Under the pieces are notes generated by a model. The model was not told the origin of the DNA, did no database searches, and saw only the letters and a list, made by a program, of their open reading frames with translations. A stretch of DNA of 64,000 bases from Pseudogymnoascus verrucosus (Eukaryota). The position numbers and the translations under genes were made by a program. Shown here piece after piece: positions 10,980-23,660 of this stretch (the stretch's first letter is position 1; each line of letters starts with the position of its first letter). Location: NCBI GenBank assembly GCA_001662655.1, contig KV460267.1. The stretch is one strand, 5' to 3'.

Positions 10980-13900
10980 CTACACCCCCCTCGATCCCAA
11001 CCGCTGCACCAGATCCACATGCATATCGCGCAACAACTCAAAAGCTACCATCAACCGTACCATCTGTTCCTCAGTTAGGGGGGAGTCAGGTCCCCGGGAT
11101 GAAGGGTCTAGAGGAGCTGGCTGCGGACCTGTCGCTTGCGTGATGCGTGCTGGGTTTTGCGTGGCAGTAGAAGGCGCATGTTCGTGGTTGCTGCCGGATT
11201 GCTGTTGCCCGGCACCTTGGTCAGGTGGTGTGGGGAAGCGGAGTCTTGCAGGTCGGCCGTCGGGATAGAAATAGTTGCTTTCTGGGATTTCAGGCGGGAT
11301 GGAGGGAGGTTGGTGGACCCCCTGGGGATGGTTGTGGGGGTATAAGTTTTGGGGGTGCGGGATAAAGGGGCTGTAATGCGTGAATTGGGGGTGGGGTGCT
11401 GATGGAGGGTGTTGGTAATGGATGCTTGGGAATTCGTGGGGTGGGAAGAATTGAATCGTGGTGATGGTAGGCTGTCCTGAAAGGTGAAAGGGTGAGGGTG
11501 GAGGGTGAAGGGGATAGAAGGTAGGGAGGTGAAGAGGTCCTTGAAGTGGATGAAACTCATGGGCACGCCTATCAGTATAGGTTTGCGGCTGTCTTCCTGC
11601 GGTATTTCCCACTGCGGTATTTCCTATAGTATTTCCCGCAGTATTTCCTTCTGTGGTATTTCCTCTTGCAGTTTCTCCTATGACGTTCGTAAAGTTGGTG
11701 CCTTCATTTGCAACATTTTCGCGCTGGCTGGAATATACATGAGAGCCATTCCGAGAACCCACAGGCGTATCACCTTCAGGTTGCCCTTCTAGCCCACTGA
11801 CGGGGCCTGGACCACCCTGACTCTTCACCTGCCGTCTGTCATCATCATCGCGCTGCTTTTTCGGTGCATCCCCGCTTGGAGAACCCAAAGGCTTTGGCAC
11901 TGACGAGGCCCTGTTGGGAGGAACTGCATCTTCTGGACCCTTGGAGCTTGAAGCGTGGTTTGCAATATTTTCCTCCAAGTTTCCCCTCACCTCACTGACC
12001 CACTCGCCATGGGAATCTTCGTATGCTGTACACGAATGACTATATGGCTCATTCGGTGGCCCACTACGAAGAAACTCCTGGTACCGAGGGCTGAAGTAAC
12101 CACCAGTCCACGGCTCTGGAACGGGGGTTTCTGGACTCGCGGGGCGGATGCAGGTACACTGCGGGGGACCCGCGTTGGTGTCGGCATCGGTGATGGGTCG
12201 GTCGAGACAGGGACAGCTTCCGAGGACGTAGTCGGGTTCTGGGTTCTCGATGCGGTGGGGTGGGCCGAGTGTCTGGACGTAGTCGGCTGGGGTTTCGAAG
12301 AATAGTGGAATGGAGCCGTGGCTTTCGGAGTCGGAGTGGTAGTGATTTCGAGGGGTAACATCGCCATCTTCAACTGCTTTCCCTTTTCCCTTGCCTTGTC
12401 TTGTCTTTTGTGGCACCTCTGCTTCGATTTCATCGTTGCTGGGGAGACTACCCACAGTCGAAGAGTCAGTTGTTGCTCGTCCCTTTCCTTTGTCTGCTCC
12501 AATATTCTCGAGACCCTTTTCTCCTTGACTGTATCCATTCCCATTGCCCTTATCTCCACCCCCTCTCAAATCAACGCCTCTACCAGCCATCTTAGCACCA
12601 TCATCCTCACTCGATTCCCCATCACCCGCGTTGATCTCAATTACCACCCCTCCCACATGCACAATCTCAACCCTGGCAACCCTCTTCCACATGATCACCA
12701 GGGAACCCCTTCTATCTCTCAACCGCACGGTAAAGCCATCACCCTTCTCAGAGCCTCGTAAATTGATGCTGTAGTCTCCGACATTCGCATACCTCGACAA
12801 CGGCTTGTTGGGATCATCGTGGATCACATCAAGAATATACGGCCTCGTCTCACCAGGCCCAAGAACAAAATCCTGGTTGGCTGGTTGGGCGTTGAGCTGG
12901 GCTACCGCGCCTTCAGGATCTGATGCAGCCCCTATTGTTCCCTCGTCGTCGCCGTCATAGAAACCACTCGGGGAATCTCTTCCCATCTTGGCCTCCTTAT
13001 TCAATTCGGCCTCCTTCCCCTTCAAGTTGAGCTCCCATTTATCCCCCCCTTTAAACTCAATCACAGATCCCTTGACCCCTCCCCACCCGCGTATCACCTC
13101 GTCACACCCGCCGTTGCTCCTAATTTCCCTCATCCCATAACCTCCCCCTAGCAACCCAATTTCAGCCGTCACCTGCACATCCGCCACGTTGTTAAACTGT
13201 GCACCGACTGTGCCCTGCGGCGTGAGGAGCTGTATGATGGAGGGGTCAGGAATGAATTCTGGGGAGCCTGTCCGATAGCGTCGACGACCACGATATGACA
13301 CAGCTCTAGCAGGTGGCTTCCGAATACATACCGGCACCGAAGCCGGCAAGCGATGGATCTCTCTCCCTGGCCCAGGAGGCGCAAACCTCGCAACCTCATC
13401 GCTGATGCGCTGACCCTCGCTCCTCTCAGGCGCCAAGGGAAACTCGAGTTCACAACCAACGGACACTATCACCTCATCCTCGCCATCACCGCCCCTCTCA
13501 TGCATATCTCTATTCTCGCCCTCGTAGCTGTTGCGAAACACAAAACTCCCCCGTTTCACAGGCGCCGTTTGCGAATCATGGAATGAAGGCACGAATGGCC
13601 CTGCTCGTCGAGGCCCCTCGTCTCCTGTCGCTGTCCCAGAATCGCTGAAATAGCCGTCATGGTGGGGGTCTGAGTCGGGGTCGCAGTACGCACAATCACA
13701 TGCCTTGCGTTTGCCCTTCTTGTTTCCTTCGCCTGCACCGTTGTCGTCGTTATTGAGGTGGTGCTCATGGTCAGGAGGCCCGGCCCGTACACTCTCACCC
13801 AAATATCCGCTTCTGTGGTCAAGGTAAGCACGGCTTGCCCATAGTGAACTGAGGGAGCTGGCTTCGCTCCCCGAGCCGATGTCTGCGTCTGCGTAGAAAT

Positions 13901-14498
13901 CCTCATCGGCTAAATCGCCTATCTCGAATCCACTTGAGTTCACAATCTCATCCAGCGATCTCATGACACCATGACTTTCCACATTGCCATGTGGCTCTCC
14001 CACCCCGGTTTCAGGACGGAGACGCAGAACCGGACGTGTCCCAGAATCCTCCTTTGGCGGTTCAAAGATATCCGGAACTGGGATTGGAGAACCCCTGTCA
14101 TCAACGGGCTGTAGAGTGAGCGGCCCAGACTGACTGCTTGCAACTGGGTATGAAGAGAACGGTGGCTGAGGGAAACTGGGACCAGCGATAGGGGTACCCG
14201 GTGGCGTATTTGCACCGTCCAAGCCGCAGACTCGGTCCGGGAGAGGTAGCGGTGGTCTTGGTGTAGGTGGGCGAGGCCAAGGAGGGCCTGATAAGTCTGA
14301 CATTGTAGCGATGGGCGTGGTGGGAGGGCTGGGTGGAGAGATTCCGGATGGGACGCCGGCTGCTGGGGTTGGTATGGATGCTGGGACAGTGAGGGGAGTG
14401 GTAATGATGGTGGACGTTGGTGGTGAAGCTGTGGACGAGGAGTCGATCTCATGTCCTCCCACTGGTGACTGTGGTGGTGCGGGATTGTGAGGATCCAT
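10980..14498 (-). CDS. Large intronless hypothetical protein (1172 aa), mostly low complexity
   Basis: Uninterrupted 3.5-kb ORF from ATG. P-rich ends, CDCAYC and CPC..CTC cysteine clusters, GNT(T/A) repeats at about 11598-11670. No domain recognised. Confidence 0.7.
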   Translation of the reverse strand: MDPHNPAPPQSPVGGHEIDSSSTASPPTSTIITTPLTVPASIPTPAAGVPSGISPPSPPTTPIATMSDLSGPPWPRPPTPRPPLPLPDRVCGLDGANTPPGTPIAGPSFPQPPFSSYPVASSQSGPLTLQPVDDRGSPIPVPDIFEPPKEDSGTRPVLRLRPETGVGEPHGNVESHGVMRSLDEIVNSSGFEIGDLADEDFYADADIGSGSEASSLSSLWASRAYLDHRSGYLGESVRAGPPDHEHHLNNDDNGAGEGNKKGKRKACDCAYCDPDSDPHHDGYFSDSGTATGDEGPRRAGPFVPSFHDSQTAPVKRGSFVFRNSYEGENRDMHERGGDGEDEVIVSVGCELEFPLAPERSEGQRISDEVARFAPPGPGREIHRLPASVPVCIRKPPARAVSYRGRRRYRTGSPEFIPDPSIIQLLTPQGTVGAQFNNVADVQVTAEIGLLGGGYGMREIRSNGGCDEVIRGWGGVKGSVIEFKGGDKWELNLKGKEAELNKEAKMGRDSPSGFYDGDDEGTIGAASDPEGAVAQLNAQPANQDFVLGPGETRPYILDVIHDDPNKPLSRYANVGDYSINLRGSEKGDGFTVRLRDRRGSLVIMWKRVARVEIVHVGGVVIEINAGDGESSEDDGAKMAGRGVDLRGGGDKGNGNGYSQGEKGLENIGADKGKGRATTDSSTVGSLPSNDEIEAEVPQKTRQGKGKGKAVEDGDVTPRNHYHSDSESHGSIPLFFETPADYVQTLGPPHRIENPEPDYVLGSCPCLDRPITDADTNAGPPQCTCIRPASPETPVPEPWTGGYFSPRYQEFLRSGPPNEPYSHSCTAYEDSHGEWVSEVRGNLEENIANHASSSKGPEDAVPPNRASSVPKPLGSPSGDAPKKQRDDDDRRQVKSQGGPGPVSGLEGQPEGDTPVGSRNGSHVYSSQRENVANEGTNFTNVIGETARGNTTEGNTAGNTIGNTAVGNTAGRQPQTYTDRRAHEFHPLQGPLHLPTFYPLHPPPSPFHLSGQPTITTIQFFPPHEFPSIHYQHPPSAPHPQFTHYSPFIPHPQNLYPHNHPQGVHQPPSIPPEIPESNYFYPDGRPARLRFPTPPDQGAGQQQSGSNHEHAPSTATQNPARITQATGPQPAPLDPSSRGPDSPLTEEQMVRLMVAFELLRDMHVDLVQRLGSRGV

Positions 14499-15336
14499 TG
14501 TGCTGTTTAATGGACGAGCTTTTCAAGGCGGTGTGTGCATAGGTGTTTTAAATGGATGGGTATCTCCAAACCCTTGCGATGATAGGTATGTTGAAGGCAA
14601 TATAAAAAATATATGAGCAGCGTTATCCAGCTTCAAGTCGACGTTGGGATGTAGAAAATATGATAATGAACCAAGCCCACCAAGACTCAGGACCGAGACG
14701 AGAGGTGATATGTAACCTACCCTCAATCATCTGTCCACTCTGAATCTTTGGCGTGGATGAATGAGCTGTCAGTGAATGGCTTCTAAGACAAACGTACCAA
14801 GAATGGTGAATGAAGACTCACCTATGATGACTCCTCTGAAATAAAAGCAACACACAAGAGGTATTTACTATTTTTCCCCCCTCGGTATATAGGGTGGCAG
14901 ATGGATAAATATTGTAGGTAGATATGTAGGTTCAATTTATTATTATATATATTATTTTTGGGAAAGGAATATTTTAAGCGGTGACACTTATCCCCTTACT
15001 TTATTATTTTTCATCCCCGCAATTAGAATGACAAACCCACAATGGCAAACAAATACCCCTCCCCTCAAAATAAACACAAAACAACGCGTGTCAATAAAAG
15101 TTCATAATCATATTAATCATCTACCTCACCTCATTGCCGACTCCAAACCCCAAAGGCAAACTATAGCTCAAGCCCCATCCTACACTCTCCGAAAAATTGT
15201 GGCCCATAACGCTCGATATCCCCTCCCTCGCCACAATAAACGCCCTAAACACCCAAATACCTCATTTCAAAGAATCGCTGCAGATATTAAACCCCCTTCC
15301 ACACACATGAAAAAATAGTAGGGGCCGTTATTCGTT

Positions 15337-15400
15337 TACGCGCGTGCGTACGTGCATTCGTGCGTGCGTACGTGCATTCGTGCATGCGTACATGCGTGCA
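15337..15400. repeat. Largely alternating purine-pyrimidine repeat (GCGTGCGTACGTGCATTCGT x2-3)
   Basis: Directly visible about 40-100 bp downstream of the FHA gene stop. Confidence 0.7.
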
Positions 15401-15436
15401 ACTGTCTCCAGCCGATCTGAGATCAAGAACCTCACT

Positions 15437-17834
15437 TCACATGAATCCCCCGAAATCTGGTGCTGTTGCCACCAGGGCAACAAACAAACCCGCGCCCGCC
15501 ACGAAGCCGCTAAATGTTGCATATGCGAATCGTTTTGCAGCCTTCGTTGCCTCCTGCTTCTGGCGTTTTGCTGGCCGCTCATTTTCTTGTTGCGTGGGCT
15601 CGACACTGGCTGCCGATGCCGCTGAGGTCGCGGCTGCAATTGTGGATTTGACAGCAGGTGTAGGCGCTGGGGTGGGGTTGTCTGCCTTTGCCAGCGTGTT
15701 GGAGACTGTACCTGTGGCAGTAACCGTTGTCATATGTATGTTCGCAGCCCCTATTGCCTTATCATGTCCATAAACAGCTGTAAGTGCTTGTGCTCTCCTC
15801 ATAGCCCTCGCATCAGATATGGCCTTGATATTCCTCGCAGAGGCAATAGCCTGCGCTGTCTCAGGAGCCTTGGTAACTACAAGAGGTTCGTCAACCGTAA
15901 TTTCATCCATCTTGCGCTTCAGGGGTAGCTCCTTCGGAGACTCCAACAACATCGCCTGGACGGACGGCTTCTCTCGCAGTGACACGACGCCCTCCGGGAT
16001 CATGCTATTGCTGGTAGAGCTAGGCTTCTCCTCCTCATTATATTCATTTGGCTTAGGCGCAAAACCACCTAAAGAGCCACCTGCAGCAGACGACTCGCCT
16101 CCCACAGCTGTGTGCTTCAGAGGCCCCATATCCATCCAATGGGTCGCAAACTTAGCACGATTATCTACACGTGCGGCGAGGAACTCTTGTTTCTCCGTCC
16201 GCCACGGCGGTGTCGTGGACCGACGGCCCTTGAGGGCTGCGTCAGAAGGGCTCGGCATGGAAAAGGGTATGACGGGGGTTGGCTGCTGTTCGGTATCTAG
16301 GTCGATAAGCTTCAGGGTAGCAGAGTCAACTCTAATTGGGACGAGGGGTGGGAACATGGGCGCAAGCGGGGCCTGCGTGTTTGGAGACACGGCATGTTCG
16401 ATTTGTTCGATTCCTGGGAGGTGGGTGCTTGATTTTGGGTTCAACAACTGGGGCTGGCTTTCAGTCGTTGGGTCATGAGGAGGTGTATTGGATAGGTTGG
16501 TTCCGGGTTCGGCTGGTACAGATGTATCGAAGCCAGGTTTAGGGGATCCGTAGGCCGCCAGAAAGTCGTCGTCTAAGAAGTCGTCAATGTCCTCGTCAGA
16601 GTTGTCGGAGTCAGGCCAAGAAGCTTGATCGTCCGAGAATTCGATCCCAGAATCGCTTGAAATTTCAAGGTTATTATCATCGGCTTCAACGCCTGCTCGG
16701 ACAGATGCGCGTTCTGCCGTGATTTCCACGGAAGAGCCTCGTCCAATCGGTCGCTCAGATGGTTCACGGTCACTCGAGGCAATAGAATCGTCGTCAGAAT
16801 CCGAGACCTCCATTGGCTCGTCGACGGATTCGACATCAGCCTGGAAGGGCTTTGCTGTCTCGGTGGGGAGTCTTGAAAACTCGTACACAGGTGGGTCGAC
16901 CTCGACGACATCGTCATCGTCTGCCGTGGCATCCAAGGCTCCCGGCATCATATTCGGCTTCGCTTCAGGAGTGGAGGTGGAAGGACTGTCCTTTCTTTGG
17001 ATTTCTTCGTCATCATCTGAAACCTCAAAGGGTTCGTCATCTGAAATCTCAAAGGGTTCATCGTCGGAGAGGAGCTGATAGGTGCGTCCCGTGGACGGGC
17101 TGATACAAGTCAGTCTATGAGCATGGCATGTGTGGATGAGCGAACTTACAAATACGGCAGAAGCTCATAATTAACCTGGAAGCGGCACTCTGGGTAGGTC
17201 TCGATGCCTCGCTTGACCTCTGCACCGAGCGATATAACGTCGTCGTTGGCCAGGGGGATAGGGTCGTTCTTGGGGATCTGTCTGTTGTTGATGCGGGTGC
17301 CATGCATCGAATTGGTGTCCTCGATGAATACTCTCTGCATCATGTCAGTTCGGTTCAGTATCACAGCGGAGAGAGTGGGGATATTTCAACTAACCTTCAG
17401 ATCCGAGTCAAAATTGAGGCGTGCATGGTCTCGGGACACAACATCGCTATCGACCCAGCAGTTGTCTGTAGCTGCGACGAGGTGCTTCAGAGGGTTCTTC
17501 GAGGATCGGCCGATCGGGATGGACTCATTATATTCGTGTAGATGGAGTATACGAATCAAGGGGAAGATGCCTGCCGTCAAGGCTGTGAGGGTAACCTTTG
17601 CTGTGAGTGAGTTAGCAGGTGCGTGTAGAATATATGCTGGCAGTAACAGTAACAAAAATAATGAGGGCCAATTTGCTTGTGCAGTATCATGAAGACAAAC
17701 GCAGAAATGTGCGCCCTCGTATCGTAAGATCTGGGGTGATCATGAAGCAATAGGCTGCCGACCTTACTCGCAGATCGGACGACGAGGGTTTGGAGAACTT
17801 GATAGAAATGCATACCTTGAATAGTATCCGACAT
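15437..17834 (-). CDS. FHA-domain protein with acidic middle region and C-terminal transmembrane anchor
   Basis: MSDTIQ|AKVTLT...IPIGRSS...VVSRDHA...IEDTNSMHGTRIN...LANDDVISLG carries the FHA GR/S..HA/D..S..GT motifs. Introns about 17815-17601, 17393-17337, 17149-17076. C-terminal FAYATFSGFVAGAGLFVALVA. Confidence 0.8.
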
Positions 17835-19562
17835 GGTGATACCAGTGGTGTTCTGCACGAACTGCCTTGGAAGGCGAGTGTGATCCTTCTTGAAAGGTGA
17901 AGTTGATGTTTGATGTTCGATGATGGATTCAGCCCCGCACCCGCCGTGCACTTGATAGACAGGCAGGTGACGGATGAATGTAGATAAGATAGCGAGCCTT
18001 GCCTTGGGTTGCCTTTTGCTAGATGTAAGTTTGACAAGCCGTCACACGTTTCACGATGTTCTGATGAAGTTGATAGAAGGATGTTCTGGTATGAAGCCTT
18101 GAAGGTGTATTATTTCATTGGTGTAGTGCCGCCTTGTAGTGGCTTTTCTTATGGAGGGGAAGATAGTATGAGGTGACCTTGATGGTCGGTCGGGCGAGGC
18201 AAGGGAGGGGAGAGGAGGAGGGGAAGTACGACCCACGCCAGTTGGTTGCAGCCAGTCCAGCCAGTACTGCACTCCCGTACAGACAGGCAGCCAGATGCGC
18301 TACGGCGGGGCACTCGGGCAGTCGGACAATCAACAATCAAACCCAGAGGAAGTGGACTTCGCTAAGGCTGTTGGTGGTGGTGTCGGTTGGCGATGGAAGC
18401 TGCGTCTAAGTGGCCCGTAAGTGGCCGTAGGTGGTGACAGATAGTGCTTTATAAAGGGCTTGTAGCTCGTAAGGGATTATAAGTGGTTGTAGGTGGTTAT
18501 AAGTGGCAATTTAGTGACTACAAGTGCATCAAATAAGGTTTCATAGGCTAGAAAGTCAGACAGTGTGCCCATGAAAGAAAGGCCGAGGGGTTTATGTTCC
18601 AATATGCTATGCTTGCTTACTGTACTGTACTCTTGTAGGGTTGACTTGTTGCACATGATGGGGAGACATTATATACGCAAGAAACACACATAAAATGCAC
18701 CTGAATCTTTGTAAAACATCTCTTAAAACATATGATATATATTATATACTGCCTGCCTATCATTTATTCCTTCATCTTACCCCCTTATTGCTTCCATCTT
18801 TGCTTTCTTATCGAGGTGAATTCACGCTTCGCTATCGCCTCACTATCGCTGCACTATCACTGCCTGATGTCTACCGTACCCCACCTTCCACCGCACTCCC
18901 GTCCCACACTAAACCCGATCGGGCACCTATGATTCACCCCTCCATGCAACTTGCCCATACTATGGCCTATGGCCTAAGGCCAAGGCTCTTGGTACTTTGC
19001 CACACTGCAAATAATCAGTATAAATACAAGTACCTCCTGCCCGCCTGCCACCTGGTTGGCACCTGACCCTACCTGACTACTGGACTACTTGACCCCTCAT
19101 TCGCCCACGTCGGCCCACAAACACTGTGCGAATTCTTGACGCTGGTCATCATCACTTTTCCTGCCCTGCCTTGCCTTGCCTTGCTTTGCCCTGCCCCGGA
19201 TAATTATCTCCACCAAGCTTCCTTCAATACAACTCTCTCCGGCTCGACAACACCAACACACACACACAAACATCATCCTTCCATCCCATACCGAGTACAG
19301 ACGTACATATACGCACCTTGACCCTAGAGCCAGCGCCCTCAGACACATGGAGTTCGCATCTTCCACGACCTTTTTCCGCTACATGTACCACAAAGCTCTG
19401 CGATAACATCCAGCACACCCTCAGCCAGCGAAAAAAGGTGGACCACACCGCTAGATCAACACACACGTGTACAACTCATATAGTGCCCATCGCCCTTCCT
19501 TCCTCGGGCCCAAACTTTTTCCTTCAGCCTCGATAAGCTTGCAAGAGACGAAAACCGCCAAC

Positions 19563-21014
19563 ATGCGCGACCTCAGACGTCAAGCTCTCGAGAGCCACAA
19601 GACCGTGTCGCGAAAGGCCCAGTCCAAGGTCTCCTCGCGCGCCTCCTCCGCCGCTGGATCCCGCGCATCATCTCACGCAGGCTCGAGAAATGCGAGCAGG
19701 CACGGCTCAGATGAAGAGGAAGAGAATCTAAGTGATAGCACGAACTGGAGGTTTGTACCCCGCGTCTACCCGCCAACCCCTCCCAAGAAATAAAAGCTAA
19801 CCTACCACCCAGCACAAACTCGATCGACGAACTACTCTCCGGCGAAGGCGTTGAGGATGACGGCACCGACGCCTGGAAACAGACCCTCAGTGTCCGCATC
19901 GAAGAGATCATCGACCGCAAGCGCAGCAGCATCCAGGGTCGCGAGCTTGCCTACGCAGTCTATGTGCACCTCCTGACTACACACTACGCTTTCGATACTA
20001 TCTCGTCCCGGAAATCAGACCTTCTCGCCGCCTTCCTCAAGAGTATCAAGGCCGAGAGCAGCGAGAAGGAGACACAGCTCGCCATCCGCGCCATCGCCGT
20101 GACCCTCATCACTTCGCCGTCCGACGCTGCCTATGCCACCGTTTTCCCAGCCATCAAGCGCATCTACACGAGCTCCGAGTCGATTGCCGCGAAGACCACG
20201 GCGATTTCCTCCCTCGGTTCAGTCCTCATGTACGGTGGCGCAGCAGACGAAGCCACCGAGGAACTCCTTGACGAGCTCCTCGAGATTATCGAATCCGACG
20301 GCACCTCCATCGACGCAGCTGACGAAGCACCCGTCGTCGTCGCTGCACTCGAGTCCTGGGGCTTCCTGGCTACCTCCCTCGACGACATGGAAGACCGTAG
20401 TGAAGAAGCCATAGAAGCCTTTGTCGAGCAGCTCGAGAGCACTGACGCCGCCGTCCAGATCGCCGCAGGGGAGAACATCGCTTTGCTGTTTGAGAAATCA
20501 TACACCGATCGCGAAGAAGATGACGGGCCCCCTGAGGAGATAGAAGATGAGGAGGGATTTCCCTTGGATACCTCGCTAGTCAAGCGCTACAACGTCTACC
20601 GCCAGACCAACCAGCTTCAGCACACCCTGCGCCAGCTCGCAGCCGTTTCCTCCAAGTCCATCAGCCGTAAGGACCGCAAGCACCTGCACTCCAGCTTCGG
20701 CGATATCCTGTGTACCGTCGAGCACCCACAGCGCGGACCGCGATACCAGAAGGCGATTGACCAGGAGACTGGGAAGCGATACGGGAGCCGGATGAAGGTT
20801 AAGGTTCACGGTGGGGGTTCGATGACGATTGACCGGTGGTGGAAGCTGATGCGACTGCATGAGCTAAGACGTGTGTTGGGAGGTGGCTTTGTTGTGCATT
20901 ACGAACATAACGAGGTGGTGTTTGATAGCTTACCGTGAGTTTCCCTCTTTAATCTTCGGTGGTGGCAAAATGCTAATTTGGTGCAGGATTATGATGTCTC
21001 TACAAGACGACTAA
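19563..21014 (+). CDS. IFRD (interferon-related developmental regulator) family protein
   Basis: MRDLRRQALESHKTVSRKA start; AALESWGFLAT, VQIAAGENIALLFE, SRKDRK..HSSF and IDRWWKL..L..LRRVLGGGF..HY..N motifs. Introns 19751-19812 and 20935-20986. Confidence 0.85.
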
Positions 21015-21451
21015 ATGCAGACTTCGCTCCCAAAAACGGACTCCTGAGTCAACCCATCAGATGTCTCTTGGCCGACTTCAACTAAACACATATTTCGGGA
21101 AGCATACGATACCCTGGCGTTTATCATTTACAGCCCACGGACAAGACACATACCGTGGCGCTTGGAGGTTTTCTCTCATTTATCTATCTCTTGATTTAAT
21201 ATTTGTTTTTGGGGCGGTGGTTGTGCAGGATGGAAAAAAAGGGTGGAATTCTTTAAGAGAATCTTAAATGACCTTTCGGCGGATTTGCCTACTTGGTTGA
21301 TAGTTTATTTATCTTTGTTTTATAAGATGATTTTAAGCATGACGTGCGCGAGAATATAAGAAATCGTTCTCCCAAATTGATAGATGAGTTTATCAACCTT
21401 TGAGTGTTGTGTTACGTTTGATCAAGATGCATGAGATACCCATCGGCAACT

Positions 21452-22600
21452 GGAGAAATGCCTTCTCCTCACCGTTGCTGATAGTCTGCTAAGAACGATG
21501 AGAAGCAAAACAAAGCCAAGGCGAAGCATGGCATCGCTCTCCAAGAGGCAAAATAAGACGACATGAGGCATGTAACTGCCTTTGGGAAGGTAAGAACGAC
21601 CATACCGCTACTCTTGCGGGCGATAGTGCTGTATGAGCGACGATGAGAAGATGGCCTTCGTGGAGGGTATCTTCTCGCCGCCGCTGACAGTCTGCTGTCA
21701 CTACTCATCCCTGCTGTCGCTGAGTTTACCGTCGCCTCCTCTTACCGTCACCCAATCTCATAACCTAGTTAAGACTCCGAGCATTTGTTCGAGGTTGAAG
21801 ATCTGAACATCTTCAGAGCCTCTCTGCGCAAAGAATTCCTCGTCAAAGCGGTCATCGTTGAGGCATGGCGATGGGGGTTTAAAGACTTCAAAAGCTACAT
21901 GGGACATCGACATTTTGACATTTTCCTCATAACGGTTAGTTGACAGACACGGAGACGGGATGACTGTTTCCACGCCTCTGTATTCGGAGATTCCTGTGGA
22001 TATGCTATTTCACGCTGCCTCTGTTTTCGGAGAGTTCTAGCAAATATGACGACTATGAAGTCCAGCTCTCACAACGGCGGTACCTGCATCATGAACTTAT
22101 TTAACGCCTGTGGTCATCATCTCTTCCCAGCATCTACGGCCCAAAATAACAAGGAATCCTGGGCATCCGTCGAAGCGGAAGCTACAATAATTAGCATCGA
22201 GGAAATGAGCGTGGCTCGACGGCGATACCATGTGCGGGTGGTCGCGAGTTAGGGAAGTGACAGTAAACTCGGCGGTGGTGGGCTGTGTAGGTGACAGCAG
22301 AGTATGATCGACAGTGAGAAAAAGCCTTCACGGTGGATTTCATCTCGCCGTCGCTGATATCTGCTGTCACTACTCAACCTTGCCGTCGATTACCTTCAGA
22401 CCCGCTCGCGCTTTACCGCATTGATATCCACGTCAAAGCGAGTAGCTTAGCCCTTTAGCCCGTCAACTCATACTCCTGCTTCTTAATAGCGGCTTCAAGA
22501 TCGATAACCTAGCGAGTAGCTCCTGTGAGGTTCGAGGGGGCCTTTAGGTTCGCTGCTAAGGCGGTCTCTCATTCGATTAATGAACCGCCACATCCCATGT
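21452..22600. repeat. Degenerate dispersed repeat copies in both orientations, plus a stop-containing coding relic
   Basis: About 70-bp unit with core TCTGCTGTCAC at 21672-21742 (+), 22251-22320 (-) and 22343-22393 (+). Minus-strand relic ETALAANLKAPSNLTGATR*VIDLEAAIKKQEYELTG*RAKLL at about 22430-22570. Confidence 0.55.
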
Positions 22601-22792
22601 TGTTAGCGGTAGAATGTGTAGTATTTCAGTAACTTGTTGAGGGGGTGCTGCTAGTCCAGACTTTGAAATCACTGTGGACTACGAATCCTATATCAAGGAC
22701 CGCTGTTGGGGTTTACTCCATGAACACATGAATGCTTCAGTGGCCTCCGATTTCATTTCGTTGATATATTATTTACACCATATCGGACTGTC

Positions 22793-23249
22793 CTATAATG
22801 TTGCTGCTGCTTCAATAGCCCCAGCCATTCTAAATGCCGCCTTATTCGTATATCTCACTTCGACTGCGTACATCCATTCCATGTATTTCGCCCAGCCTGT
22901 ATCGTAGTCAGTAACTGTCCCCAAGCCTCGTCTGCATCGCAACCCTCAAATAAAAGCAACGCGGAAGAGCGGACTCACTCCAATAAGCACACTTCCTCCC
23001 GAAATATTTCCCCACGTACGGCACAACAACCATTGTGAGCAGGAGCTCGATCTGTTGCAGGCTAGCCTCCCACTCCTTCTGCGCATCCGAGCTGTATTCC
23101 GAGCTTTCCTCCGAGCTATCTATCGATGATGGTAGGGAATCGAGGTCGTCATTATCTGATGCGAGCTCATCATGAGCATCCGAGGCTGTGGCTGGCGTCG
23201 ACCATTGTTCGGATGGGAAGACGTATGAGGAGGATGTTGAGGACGACAT
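22793..23249 (-). CDS. MIM2: Mitochondrial import protein Mim2
   Basis: Acidic N-terminus, then SDAQKEWEASLQQIELLLTMVVVPYVGKYFGRKCAYW|SWAKYMEW. Intron 22978-22897. Confidence 0.8.
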
Positions 23250-23660
23250 TGCGAGTTGGGCGGCTCTGGAAGTGTGGAGCGGGATGTGCTTCCAAGGCAC
23301 AGGTAACGTCTTTGTGAACCCAGCCTACAGTAGCAGGTCGTGCACTGGAGGGATCAAATATCTGGCATGCCAATGTGTGGTAATCGTGAGTCGCGCGTCG
23401 TCAGTTGTGCTTTACCCGTAGCTCTTAGGAGCTCCCAGTTCACGTGGGGAGCGGTCTTCCCCACGCTCTCGGCAACGAATAAATGTTGCTTACATAAGCT
23501 GCATTTTGACTCACGAAGCCCACCTTGGAATTTGAACGGCGAATATCGAATCGACCTTACCTACCCAAGACAACAACAAGGTTCCATAACGAATACGACG
23601 AGACCACACACCTGATCGCGTCGATATTATCAATAGAGGGATTTTCATAGGGTTGCAATC

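Noticed and set aside
22500..22600. GGTTCGA B-box-like motif suggesting a tRNA or SINE
   Set aside because: No cloverleaf or A-box; better explained as a decayed minus-strand coding relic.
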